From an uncultured virus (IMG/VR IMGVR_UViG_3300042477_000341) (Duplodnaviria; Heunggongvirae; Uroviricota; Caudoviricetes): DNA of 20,000 nucleotides. The translations under genes and the position numbers were made by a program. Of the stretch, positions 7,702 to 15,634 are shown piece after piece. Within the stretch, counting starts at the first letter, position 1. Each line of letters begins with the position of its first letter. The notes beneath the pieces are model-generated. The model was not told where the DNA came from. It did not search any database and saw only the letters and a program-made list of their open reading frames with translations. Location: the IMG/VR virus record IMGVR_UViG_3300042477_000341; one strand, 5' to 3'.

Positions 7702-8468
7702 TAAATTAAATTCTCTTTAATCTTTTTAAGTAATATGTCTCTAGTTCTGCTTTTGCTAAAAATTTTATATGAATCAACTAATGGCATTTTATATCCAAAC
7801 ATATGTTTTGCGTTAATACATTTTCTTGAATAAGTGTCTATCTCTTTTGTTAATTCAAATCTTTTAAGAATTATTTTACGATCAGTTAAAAAGTTTACGT
7901 AAAATATTGGCTCATCTTTTTTGAAATGAAGCTCACCTTCATTGCCGTAAAGCTGTAACTCTACATTTAAAGTTCTAAACCATTTACCTATATCAAACTG
8001 TCCACTTGTTAAAAATCCATACTTCATATACTCTACTTGTTGCAGATAAGGACTGGTGAGCATAACCTCTACTGGTTCTTCTGCAAACATGTGAAGTCTA
8101 TATGAGAATTCAATATTTGGTCCAACAGTCATGGTCTGGTTTCTTGGTGGGTAGCATGCGACAAAAGATTCTGATAATGGATTAATCTCTATTTGGTTTA
8201 AATCAGTTGATGCAGCCTTATATGAATAACTTGAATCAAAAGGCCAAGGCCACGAATAAATATTTTTGCTTAGATTTTTAAATGCTGGACATTTTATAAA
8301 AGAATCGACCTCTTTAGTTTCAGACTTTATATCAAATTGAGTCCAGTGTTTAAATACATTAGTAGGTTCATGATACATCATGTTCCAGTTTCCTACAAGG
8401 CCGTCGTCTTCTGCTATTGAATGCGGAGCCCAGTAAACAACTATCGGGCCTTTATTTTCTTTTTTCAT
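7701..8468 (-). CDS. Conserved phage hypothetical protein, possibly distantly related to 5688-6389
   Basis: FIKCPAF, SGQFDIGKWFR, KDEPIFY; start revised to ATG 8468 because the track start lies inside a terminator. Confidence 0.75.
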   Translation of the reverse strand: MKKENKGPIVVYWAPHSIAEDDGLVGNWNMMYHEPTNVFKHWTQFDIKSETKEVDSFIKCPAFKNLSKNIYSWPWPFDSSYSYKAASTDLNQIEINPLSESFVACYPPRNQTMTVGPNIEFSYRLHMFAEEPVEVMLTSPYLQQVEYMKYGFLTSGQFDIGKWFRTLNVELQLYGNEGELHFKKDEPIFYVNFLTDRKIILKRFELTKEIDTYSRKCINAKHMFGYKMPLVDSYKIFSKSRTRDILLKKIKENLI

Positions 8469-8479
8469 GTACTTCTTTC

Positions 8480-8520
8480 TGTTAATAAAGGGGGGCAAGA
8501 TTAATCCCGCCCCCCTTTTT
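8480..8520 (-). terminator. Intrinsic terminator (possibly bidirectional)
   Basis: AAAGGGGGGC-GGGATTAATCTT-GCCCCCCTTTATT immediately after stop 8527. Confidence 0.8.
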
Positions 8521-8526
8521 AAGCAT

Positions 8527-9585
8527 TTACTTCTTTAGTGCGACCTTTAGCTTAGGGAACTTCTTGTTCCACTTTGTAGCAAGGGCGTTGTATTCCTTGA
8601 CATAGGTAGCCTTAGCAATATCTGCTGCTGCCTTATCAACGATAGCCTTTGCTGCTGCTGCATCTGCTGCTGCCTTGTCTGCTGCACGAGCAGTCTTTTC
8701 GGCTGCCAATGCTGCTTCTGCAATTGCCTTAGCGGCATTTGCTGCTGCAAGTTGAGTTGTCAAGGCTGCAACGTCTCCAGCCAAATCACGTACTGCAATA
8801 ATCTTTACAGATGATGCAGATGGTGTGCTGAATCCTGTTACTGCTGTTGCCATATCAGCTGTTGCTGCATAGAATACAATTGTTACTGGGCCAGTTGCTG
8901 GGGCAACAAACTTAACGTCTGCTGATCCAAAATTGGTTAGTGTTGCGCCTGTTGTTACAGTTACTGTATCAAGGGTTGCGCCATTAGCAATTGCATTTAG
9001 GGTCTTTCCAGAAATCTTATTTCCGAATACATCCTGTGCTGTTGCTGTTACTGTTACTGATGTTCCTGCAGGAGCAGAATCTACGCCAGTTACGGCAATC
9101 TTGTCGATTAGAGTAGATGTTCCCTGTAGGTAATATGTTACAGTTGTGCCCAAGTTAGTAACTGCTACTGAGCTTACTGCTGTCGTTTTAGTATATACAT
9201 AAAACGTTGCGGTTGTACCTGTACCAACATTCTGTGTCCATGTTGCTGAACCTGAAGATGCTGTTACTGGTGCTGTAGATGTAGCAAATGCTGACACAAC
9301 TACTGCGTTAGTTGCTGAAACAGTTACTGCTGTTCCTGTATCAACTGTTACTACAAACTCAACTACATCTAGTGAATCAACAGAGTTATCTGTTGGAACT
9401 GAAATTGTAATTGGAGTTGCTGCTGATGTTCCAGCAGTTTGTGCTGTCCATGTCGGACTTGCTACCGTACCTGTATTCTTCTTTACAGAAGTTACAACCA
9501 TTGGCGCAGCACTTGCAGGTGTTGCTAGTGTACCCATGGCAATGGCTGCAACCATTGCTAGAGCGATTTTCTTAAATGACTTCAT
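8527..9585 (-). CDS. Secreted Thr/Ala/Val-rich Ig-like surface protein with C-terminal Ala-rich coiled coil
   Basis: Sec signal MKSFKKIALAMVAAIAMGTLATPASA; VTVTATAQDVFGN Big-domain-like motif; SD AGGAG. Confidence 0.75.
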   Translation of the reverse strand: MKSFKKIALAMVAAIAMGTLATPASAAPMVVTSVKKNTGTVASPTWTAQTAGTSAATPITISVPTDNSVDSLDVVEFVVTVDTGTAVTVSATNAVVVSAFATSTAPVTASSGSATWTQNVGTGTTATFYVYTKTTAVSSVAVTNLGTTVTYYLQGTSTLIDKIAVTGVDSAPAGTSVTVTATAQDVFGNKISGKTLNAIANGATLDTVTVTTGATLTNFGSADVKFVAPATGPVTIVFYAATADMATAVTGFSTPSASSVKIIAVRDLAGDVAALTTQLAAANAAKAIAEAALAAEKTARAADKAAADAAAAKAIVDKAAADIAKATYVKEYNALATKWNKKFPKLKVALKK

Positions 9586-9633
9586 TTAATTTATTCTCCT
9601 TATTTCTTCTGCCTCTTATGTGAGCACAGAAAC

Positions 9634-9834
9634 TTAGTGTAATTCATGTATCTTTACATGAAACGAGCAGGGATCTCCGCCTTCTTCCCATTCTTGCATT
9701 TCTTCATCTGACATTGGTGGACCATCATGTGTATCACAAAATACATCTGATACCCATCCACGATCATAACCATTCTTAAGCCATATTTCAAACTCTAAAT
9801 GATTAGCATCTGTAGAATCAAATTCTAGATCCAT
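9634..9834 (-). CDS. Hypothetical acidic protein
   Basis: ORF overlapping the thioredoxin end; CDTHDG..DPC. Confidence 0.7.
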   Translation of the reverse strand: MDLEFDSTDANHLEFEIWLKNGYDRGWVSDVFCDTHDGPPMSDEEMQEWEEGGDPCSFHVKIHELH

Positions 9835-10127
9835 TCGGACAACTCCTTTAATAAAAGATGTTTAGGCTTTGCCCCAACAATCGTTTTAACTGGTTGACCA
9901 GACTTAAATAATACCATAGTTGGTATTGAATGTACAGAGTATTCTTCCATTTTTAATGGATTTTCATCAACATTTAACTTACCAACCAGTAGGCCCGTAT
10001 CACTTGATATCTCATCAAGTATCGGGGAAAGCTTTTTGCATGGTCCACACCATTCAGCCCAGAAATCAACCAATACTAAATCATTTGTTGAGACTATGTC
10101 ATTAAATGAATTATCAGTTATGATCAA
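9825..10127 (-). CDS. trxA: Thioredoxin
   Basis: VDFWAEWCGPCK active site; SIPT cis-Pro loop. Confidence 0.95.
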   Translation of the reverse strand: MIITDNSFNDIVSTNDLVLVDFWAEWCGPCKKLSPILDEISSDTGLLVGKLNVDENPLKMEEYSVHSIPTMVLFKSGQPVKTIVGAKPKHLLLKELSEWI

Positions 10128-10128
10128 T

Positions 10129-10341
10129 TTACTTATCTTTCAGGGCTTCTGCTGCGGCATTGAATCTATTCATAAATTCCTGAACAACCCAATATGTAGT
10201 TTGCGTAGCATTTTCTCTTAAAGCCTTAGAAGTTTCTTCTGTCTTTTGCTCTTCTGTAGCAGCGTTATACCATTTCTGATACAGTTCATTTGCTAAATCA
10301 GCAACAATGCCTTCTAATACTGTTACTTGCTCCTCAGCCAT
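10129..10341 (-). CDS. Hypothetical helical protein
   Basis: Tightly packed ORF between the subtilase and trxA. Confidence 0.7.
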   Translation of the reverse strand: MAEEQVTVLEGIVADLANELYQKWYNAATEEQKTEETSKALRENATQTTYWVVQEFMNRFNAAAEALKDK

Positions 10342-11293
10342 TCAAGGCCGCCTGTAGATTAATAAGATTTCCCTTGCTAATCTTTGAGCTTTTTGTAATA
10401 GAAGAAGTCCTTGAAATTAAACTATACATTTCTGAATAGCTTAAGTTAGACTTAACAGACTTAACAGTTGCCCACGAAGTTGCTCCGACTAGAACAGATG
10501 CTGAAGTTCCTGCAAAATTAGTTTTCTTTGCATTTAGCCCGTATAAAACTGTTGTTCCACGAGCATAGAAGTCTAACAAAAGTGGGTCATAGTTTGAATA
10601 AAATCCAATAGATCCTGATGGCAGTGTTGCACCCATTGTAATTGCTTCAGGGATACATCCAGGCCAGTTTACTCTTTGATAGTCGCTATTATTTCCTGCT
10701 GGAAAAAATACGCCGACACCTAGTGAGTTTAAAGACTTTACTTTATCAACGGTAGTTGGTGTTTTTGGACAGTAATCTGTTCCAACAGCACCTACATTGT
10801 GTGAGCCTTGTGCCATTGCAACTGATTGAATATTAAACTTAGACTGATTGTTAATAACCCACTGTAGGGCATTATAAACAGTTGCTTCATTAGTATATTC
10901 TCTTGCACCGTTTTCACGTTGACCAACAATTCTAATAAATACAATTTTTACGTTAGGGTTTGTCTGAATAGCTTGATCTGCCATAAGTGTGCCATGATCA
11001 AATCCGCCAAGCAGAAGTCTTGATACAGGCAATGTCGCTGACCCAGGACCTTCCATAGATGTTTGTCCATTAGGGCAACGTGATGTAGAGCCTTCAATAA
11101 TTTCAATTAAGCATACCTCATACACTACACGGTCTTTAATCTTTTGTTGTGACATGTCAATACCTGAATCCAGGATTGCTATTGTAGGTGCTGGCAAAGA
11201 TGTGTTCTTAAGATTACTCTTAGGAGCAGCAGTTGCCGTGATTGGTGCAGTAAGCATTAAGGCCACTAGAGCCATAGTTATTTTTTTATTCAT
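10334..11293 (-). CDS. Secreted subtilisin-like serine protease (S8)
   Basis: Signal peptide; triad IAILDSG / DHGT / GTSAS; oxyanion AGN. Confidence 0.9.
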   Translation of the reverse strand: MNKKITMALVALMLTAPITATAAPKSNLKNTSLPAPTIAILDSGIDMSQQKIKDRVVYEVCLIEIIEGSTSRCPNGQTSMEGPGSATLPVSRLLLGGFDHGTLMADQAIQTNPNVKIVFIRIVGQRENGAREYTNEATVYNALQWVINNQSKFNIQSVAMAQGSHNVGAVGTDYCPKTPTTVDKVKSLNSLGVGVFFPAGNNSDYQRVNWPGCIPEAITMGATLPSGSIGFYSNYDPLLLDFYARGTTVLYGLNAKKTNFAGTSASVLVGATSWATVKSVKSNLSYSEMYSLISRTSSITKSSKISKGNLINLQAALNG

Positions 11294-11300
11294 AGTACCT

Positions 11301-11330
11301 ATTCTACTAAATATTGACAGATTGTCAATA
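11301..11330 (-). promoter_or_regulatory. SigA promoter with palindrome over the -35
   Basis: TTGACA-16nt-TAGAAT, 7 nt before ATG; perfect inverted repeat TATTGACA-gat-TGTCAATA at 11312-11330. Confidence 0.7.
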
Positions 11331-11332
11331 GG

Positions 11333-11512
11333 TTATTCTTTGTCTAAATTATCTAATTTAGCCTTATACCATTTACCAGCGTCAAGATCTGTTGGTGGCT
11401 TCATCCCTTGAGATTCTAATAGATTAGTTAAGCTTTGTGAATACAACTCAACCATCATTTCAAGTCTTACCATATGCATTTCAAGTAATCTTAATCTTTC
11501 TGACTTTCTCAT
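11333..11512 (-). CDS. 59-aa hypothetical protein, not in ORF track
   Basis: MRKSERLRLLEMHMVRLEMMVELYSQSLTNLLESQGMKPPTDLDAGKWYKAKLDNLDKE; ATGA coupling. Confidence 0.7.
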   Translation of the reverse strand: MRKSERLRLLEMHMVRLEMMVELYSQSLTNLLESQGMKPPTDLDAGKWYKAKLDNLDKE

Positions 11513-11868
11513 TCCATTGCCTCTCTGTCTACAGGGGTAGGCGCTGTTGCAACGCTACCACAACTAACACATTCCATATCCAAGAAATATGTAGCAATTT
11601 CAAAATCTTCAAAAATAACCTTAAGGCTCCATATTTGTGATCCACAAGGACACACATGAGTCGGAGTCCCTCTTATATCCATAGACCTATCATAGCTTTC
11701 TGGACGAAGATTTAAAATGTCGTCAGTGTGTTTTCCTTCTCGCTCAACATCTTCTTTGTCTACTAAAAATATTTCATAGGTTTGCAGAAACAGTTGAATC
11801 TTATCTTTAATCCTTGCATACACAAAGTATGAGAGTAACAGGGACAAAATTAATATGATCCATTTCAT
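11509..11868 (-). CDS. Membrane-anchored zinc-ribbon protein
   Basis: N-terminal TM; PTHVCPCGS...ECVSCGS; leaderless (TATAAT 11875-11880). Confidence 0.75.
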   Translation of the reverse strand: MKWIILILSLLLSYFVYARIKDKIQLFLQTYEIFLVDKEDVEREGKHTDDILNLRPESYDRSMDIRGTPTHVCPCGSQIWSLKVIFEDFEIATYFLDMECVSCGSVATAPTPVDREAME

Positions 11869-11882
11869 ATTACTATTATACC

Positions 11883-12440
11883 TTAAACTTGGATGTATGT
11901 ATAGGGGGCAGCTACGCTCATATTAAACTCAGTTGCTGCTTCTAATGCAGCCTTTAGTCTAAGTCTAGGGTTTCTTTGCTTCTTTGTTGCATGCAAGGCT
12001 CCAAGCGCTATCATTCCACCACTGCCTTCCGCCATATAATTTACAACATTCTCTCCAACATGAAAGTCTTCATCTATGGTAAAGAGCCTTCCGCAAACTC
12101 CAACTATAAAAATACCGCCTGAGTCTTCTTCTGATGATGAGCCAATACTTCCGTATCCACCATCTTTAAATGCAACTTTAACAGAATCAATAAATTTAGT
12201 TCTCATAAACTTATCTAATCCAGAATTAGTTTTTGTTGGAGTATATTTTGGTGGAGTCCACGAGTATTGAAGAATCTGACCCATTCTAAAAGAATCAGTA
12301 AATGCAATGCCATACTGCCCAACTTTAAAAACTTTAGGCTCTTTTCTTGACAGGATCCAGCCAGTTTTATCATCTGATGCGGCGTGATCGGAACCCATAT
12401 ATACGGTTCCGTTTTGGGCGATAGCAACAATACAGGTCAT
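11883..12440 (-). CDS. Proteasome beta-subunit/HslV-like Ntn hydrolase
   Basis: N-terminal Thr (MTCIVA), GSD, KVF, AEGSGG..ALGAL; leaderless (TATACT 12447-12452). Confidence 0.85.
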   Translation of the reverse strand: MTCIVAIAQNGTVYMGSDHAASDDKTGWILSRKEPKVFKVGQYGIAFTDSFRMGQILQYSWTPPKYTPTKTNSGLDKFMRTKFIDSVKVAFKDGGYGSIGSSSEEDSGGIFIVGVCGRLFTIDEDFHVGENVVNYMAEGSGGMIALGALHATKKQRNPRLRLKAALEAATEFNMSVAAPYTYIQV

Positions 12441-12464
12441 ACTACCAGTATACTAAATGAAAAA

Positions 12465-12779
12465 TTATCTGTCCAACTCATCCATATGGTGCTCAAAATG
12501 AGCTAATTCTATTACAGTTGCTTCAAGCTCAGCCTTAATCCCAATCAATTCCTGAATGGCATTATAGTACTTATCTTTCCATTCATTTAGTTCTTTTTCA
12601 ATCTTATACAACTCTATTTTAAGATCTCTTAAGTCTAATTTTAAATGGTCTTGCTCACGCTCAGAACGCCTTATTCTTTCTTTTTTGTTGTCTCTAAATC
12701 CCGCCACAAGCGCTGTTCCCATACCAGAAACAAGAGCGGCAGATATAGCCATTACGACAGATAAGTAGTTTATTTCCAT
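12465..12779 (-). CDS. N-terminal TM plus coiled-coil protein
   Basis: Hydrophobic N-terminus then heptad-rich charged region; TATAAT at 12789-12794. Confidence 0.7.
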   Translation of the reverse strand: MEINYLSVVMAISAALVSGMGTALVAGFRDNKKERIRRSEREQDHLKLDLRDLKIELYKIEKELNEWKDKYYNAIQELIGIKAELEATVIELAHFEHHMDELDR

Positions 12780-12819
12780 GATAAACTAATTATACCGTGA
12801 AATAAGTGCTAATTAAGAG

Positions 12820-13056
12820 TTAAACAAACAGTTCTGAAGCGGCAATATCAGCGCCGATATATCTCTTTTTAACAATAAATTCTTTTACTGCTTCTGGCCC
12901 TAGTTGCCTACCAGATAGAATAATAACCCATCGTGGCTCAAATTTATTAGCTATGCATGTTTCACACAGAAATAGATTAATTGGGAGCAATGATGATTTC
13001 TTTACAGAAAGCTTATTCTTGCTTTTGTTGCAGCAATAACACAATATTTTTTCCAA
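12820..13056 (-). CDS. C4 zinc-finger protein
   Basis: CYCC...LCETC. Confidence 0.7.
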   Translation of the reverse strand: MEKILCYCCNKSKNKLSVKKSSLLPINLFLCETCIANKFEPRWVIILSGRQLGPEAVKEFIVKKRYIGADIAASELFV

Positions 13057-13057
13057 T

Positions 13058-13390
13058 TTAGATTCCTTTTCCTAGTACATTTTGGCTGGGTACGCCTTCT
13101 AGTTCACATCTTACCCCGTAAGATTCAATTACTTTTTTAACTTTTTGAAGATAGTCAATAACCATTTCCTTTTTATTTCCAGTAAACTGAATAAAGTTAT
13201 CTTCATATAGCCTTAAGCAAAGAAACTCAGGATACTTTACAATATCCATTTGCAAGCCAGTCACTGGTCTTTTTATACCTCGTACTGCATCGGCCATTAC
13301 TTTGTTGTAGAACACTGGTTTGTTGGGTTCTCCAGTCCATTGGTTAATTCCATATTTAAAATGGTTCTTATCTTTATTTATGAATTCCAT
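13058..13390 (-). CDS. Hypothetical protein
   Basis: ORF packed downstream of whiB. Confidence 0.7.
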   Translation of the reverse strand: MEFINKDKNHFKYGINQWTGEPNKPVFYNKVMADAVRGIKRPVTGLQMDIVKYPEFLCLRLYEDNFIQFTGNKKEMVIDYLQKVKKVIESYGVRCELEGVPSQNVLGKGI

Positions 13391-13691
13391 TTTTAGACCT
13401 TATCCTTTTCCAAACATCTGCTGTCTTATGTACATTCCTTGATTTATCTATTGCTCCAGAGTTTAAGTAGATCCCGCCCCATACTCCTTGCTCATCATTT
13501 TTTACCCCAGCTTGGTAACACATCTTTGAAACGGGGCAAGAAAGGCAAGCCTCATCAATACTTTTTGCTATATTTATATCTGCTTCATATTTATCATAGA
13601 ATAAATTTGTGTCCATCCCCCTACAAATACCAAGGTGGAACCAATCAAGATCATCTTCATCTACGCCTAATTCATTTAAAATGTCTGACAT
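13374..13691 (-). CDS. whiB: WhiB-family Fe-S transcription regulator
   Basis: GICRG..D...F, CLSCPVSKMC, GVWGG. Confidence 0.92.
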   Translation of the reverse strand: MSDILNELGVDEDDLDWFHLGICRGMDTNLFYDKYEADINIAKSIDEACLSCPVSKMCYQAGVKNDEQGVWGGIYLNSGAIDKSRNVHKTADVWKRIRSKNGIHK

Positions 13692-13905
13692 ATTTTGCTG
13701 GCAACTTCCATATTCCGTTTTCGTTAACAGGAATTCTCTCTGTAACTCCCCATTGATTCTTTCGGAACATACCCTTTACATCAGTAAATCCGCCTGCAGA
13801 CTGTTTCCAAATTAGTAAATCATAGTTTTCCCAAAAAGATTCTTGATTTTTTGTCTTTGATCTTTTCATAAAAACCTCTACACCTTTAAGTGTAAGATTA
13901 AGCAT
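13672..13905 (-). CDS. Hypothetical protein
   Basis: ORF with SD AGGA overlapping the whiB start. Confidence 0.7.
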   Translation of the reverse strand: MLNLTLKGVEVFMKRSKTKNQESFWENYDLLIWKQSAGGFTDVKGMFRKNQWGVTERIPVNENGIWKLPAKYVRHFK

Positions 13906-13942
13906 TTCTTTCCTATCTAGTAAGTCCGCCTAGATTGCTTTG

Positions 13943-14015
13943 CTGGCCCACTAGGACTCGAACCTAGGACCTAGAAGTTAACAGCTTCCCGCTCTGCCTG
14001 CTGAGCTATGAGCCA
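13943..14015 (-). tRNA. tRNA-Asn(GTT)
   Basis: Cloverleaf: acceptor TGGCTCA/TGGGCCA, anticodon arm GGAAG-CTGTTAA-CTTCT, T-loop TTCGAGT; no encoded CCA. Confidence 0.93.
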
Positions 14016-14041
14016 AAGAAGAAACCGCAGTCTCTTGTATT

Positions 14042-14071
14042 ATTATACATTAAAAACTACGGCTCTGTCAA
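14042..14071 (-). promoter_or_regulatory. SigA promoter for tRNA-Asn and the whiB operon
   Basis: TTGACA-18nt-TATAAT. Confidence 0.75.
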
Positions 14072-14076
14072 GGATT

Positions 14077-14226
14077 TTATTTGTTTTTTTCTGTTATTTT
14101 AATTATATTAACTTTTTTAATTTCATCGTCGATATTAAATATGTCTGATACATAGTCTTTGGCGTCAGTTTCGTTAAAAGCCTCTACTTCTGCTTCTACT
14201 TCTAACTTAACCCTGTAGGTATTCAT
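14077..14226 (-). CDS. 49-aa hypothetical protein, not in ORF track
   Basis: MNTYRVKLEVEAEVEAFNETDAKDYVSDIFNIDDEIKKVNIIKITEKNK; TAATG coupling to the endolysin. Confidence 0.75.
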   Translation of the reverse strand: MNTYRVKLEVEAEVEAFNETDAKDYVSDIFNIDDEIKKVNIIKITEKNK

Positions 14227-14801
14227 TACTTACCGCAGGTTGGGCAAACTTTTGGCTGAGATTTAGCAGTCTTTTTTGCTGGAGCAGATGTAGCAGATGA
14301 ACCCTTAAACTTTGGGCGACCAAATCCTACGATTGAAATCATTACTCCAGCCTTGTTCTTCTTATAAGCACGAAGTTGTTTGCAAGTCTCTCCACCGTTT
14401 CTTTGGCTTCCTTTTTTCTTTGAAGAAGTGTTTCCTTCAATACACCAAACAGTTCCATCTTCATTGTCTTTTACAACAATTCCAACGTGAGAAATTCTAT
14501 CGACGCCATCTGATGGGAAATCAAAATAGGCAATATCTCCTGGCTCTGGATCTGCAATGTCTCCATCGATCCATGCCCCAGCCTTCTTAAATGCTGCGGC
14601 TCCTCCTGGGGTGTAGACAGTATTAGGAATCTTTACTCCCGCTTCATTTGCACACCAGTTAACAAATGATCCACACCATGGCTGAAAGTTTGCTTTCATA
14701 AAAGCGCCATATTTTGTCTCGTTATCTTTAGGACCTTCAATAGTTCCTAGTTCTGCTGTAGCAACTTCAATTAAACGTGCTGCTGTACCTTGGTCTGCCA
14801 T
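14226..14801 (-). CDS. CHAP-domain peptidoglycan hydrolase (putative endolysin)
   Basis: PWCGSFV (Cys), PGDI, SHVGIV (His), IEGNT. Confidence 0.9.
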   Translation of the reverse strand: MADQGTAARLIEVATAELGTIEGPKDNETKYGAFMKANFQPWCGSFVNWCANEAGVKIPNTVYTPGGAAAFKKAGAWIDGDIADPEPGDIAYFDFPSDGVDRISHVGIVVKDNEDGTVWCIEGNTSSKKKGSQRNGGETCKQLRAYKKNKAGVMISIVGFGRPKFKGSSATSAPAKKTAKSQPKVCPTCGK

Positions 14802-15211
14802 TAGTCTTTATCCCAATCTGTGTCTACTGGTTGCTCTTCTGGCATTGCTCCGTCTGGCTTTGCTGCTAGTCGTGCTGCAGTAGCATCAATCTCTGCTTCG
14901 AGCTTTTTATCAGCCTGTGTATTCTTTGCATCTACTTCTTTATTTGCTATCTGTGCTGACATAATATCCTTAGCACCAGATTGACCAATTAATAGGCCTG
15001 CAAGTGTTCCTGTAATAAATGTTGCAACAGAACCAAGCACATTAAAGAACATCTTATCGTTCTCTGACTGTCCGCCAATTGGTTGTGTTACGAAAATTAG
15101 AGCATACAGAATGCCCAATGATGTGCACAAAAGAATTGTGCCTAATGTAATTCCTAAAATAAATTTTAATCTAGCATCTAGATCCTGTGGACTTAGTCTT
15201 TCTTTAGCCAT
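14801..15211 (-). CDS. 2-TM membrane protein (holin-like candidate)
   Basis: Two TM helices with a charged tail; adjacent to the endolysin; start revised to ATG 15211. Confidence 0.6.
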   Translation of the reverse strand: MAKERLSPQDLDARLKFILGITLGTILLCTSLGILYALIFVTQPIGGQSENDKMFFNVLGSVATFITGTLAGLLIGQSGAKDIMSAQIANKEVDAKNTQADKKLEAEIDATAARLAAKPDGAMPEEQPVDTDWDKD

Positions 15212-15422
15212 TTGGTGTACCCGTCTTGTCTTCTGCAATTGGATCTTTACCAATTACATCTTTAGTGCATGTGCCTGTCGCTTCACAAATTGGAGGATTG
15301 CATTCAGCTTTTTCCCAATTATCAGGGTTTTGGCATGGGTATCTGTAAAAACCTTGATATCCGCAGCTAGTTAATGATAGCATTAATAGCCCTGATAAAG
15401 CAATAGCAGTTATTCTTTTCAT
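15204..15422 (-). CDS. Small Cys-rich lipoprotein (72 aa)
   Basis: MKRITAIALSGLLMLSLTS-C lipobox; four further Cys; start revised to 15422, 6 nt after TATAAT. Confidence 0.8.
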   Translation of the reverse strand: MKRITAIALSGLLMLSLTSCGYQGFYRYPCQNPDNWEKAECNPPICEATGTCTKDVIGKDPIAEDKTGTPNG

Positions 15423-15436
15423 ACCTCTATTATACC

Positions 15437-15634
15437 TTATTCTTCGTCTTTTCTGAGAGGTATGGTAATTAGCCAAATTACAGTGACTATTACTGTTGCT
15501 ATGCCGACTACATCCTGTGCTGTCCCTGTAAGGGTTAGCCAGGCTATAAAGAACCCAAGGAGGGTCCATAGTTGGGCTATGCTTTCCTTTACTGCTTCCC
15601 ATATCCAATTAAAGAAACCTTTAATTATTTTCAT
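15437..15634 (-). CDS. Small 2-TM membrane protein
   Basis: Two hydrophobic helices; TAATG-coupled to the large surface protein. Confidence 0.7.
   Translation of the reverse strand: MKIIKGFFNWIWEAVKESIAQLWTLLGFFIAWLTLTGTAQDVVGIATVIVTVIWLITIPLRKDEE

Noticed and set aside
8547..8750. Gln-rich alternative-frame ORF, and similar nested ORFs at 12215-12430 and 16137-16319
   Set aside because: Frame-shifted by-products of GCA-rich or repetitive codons inside larger genes
15423..15608. N-terminal extension of the 15204-15608 ORF
   Set aside because: Overlaps the 15437-15634 gene; lipoprotein signal and -10 box place the start at 15422
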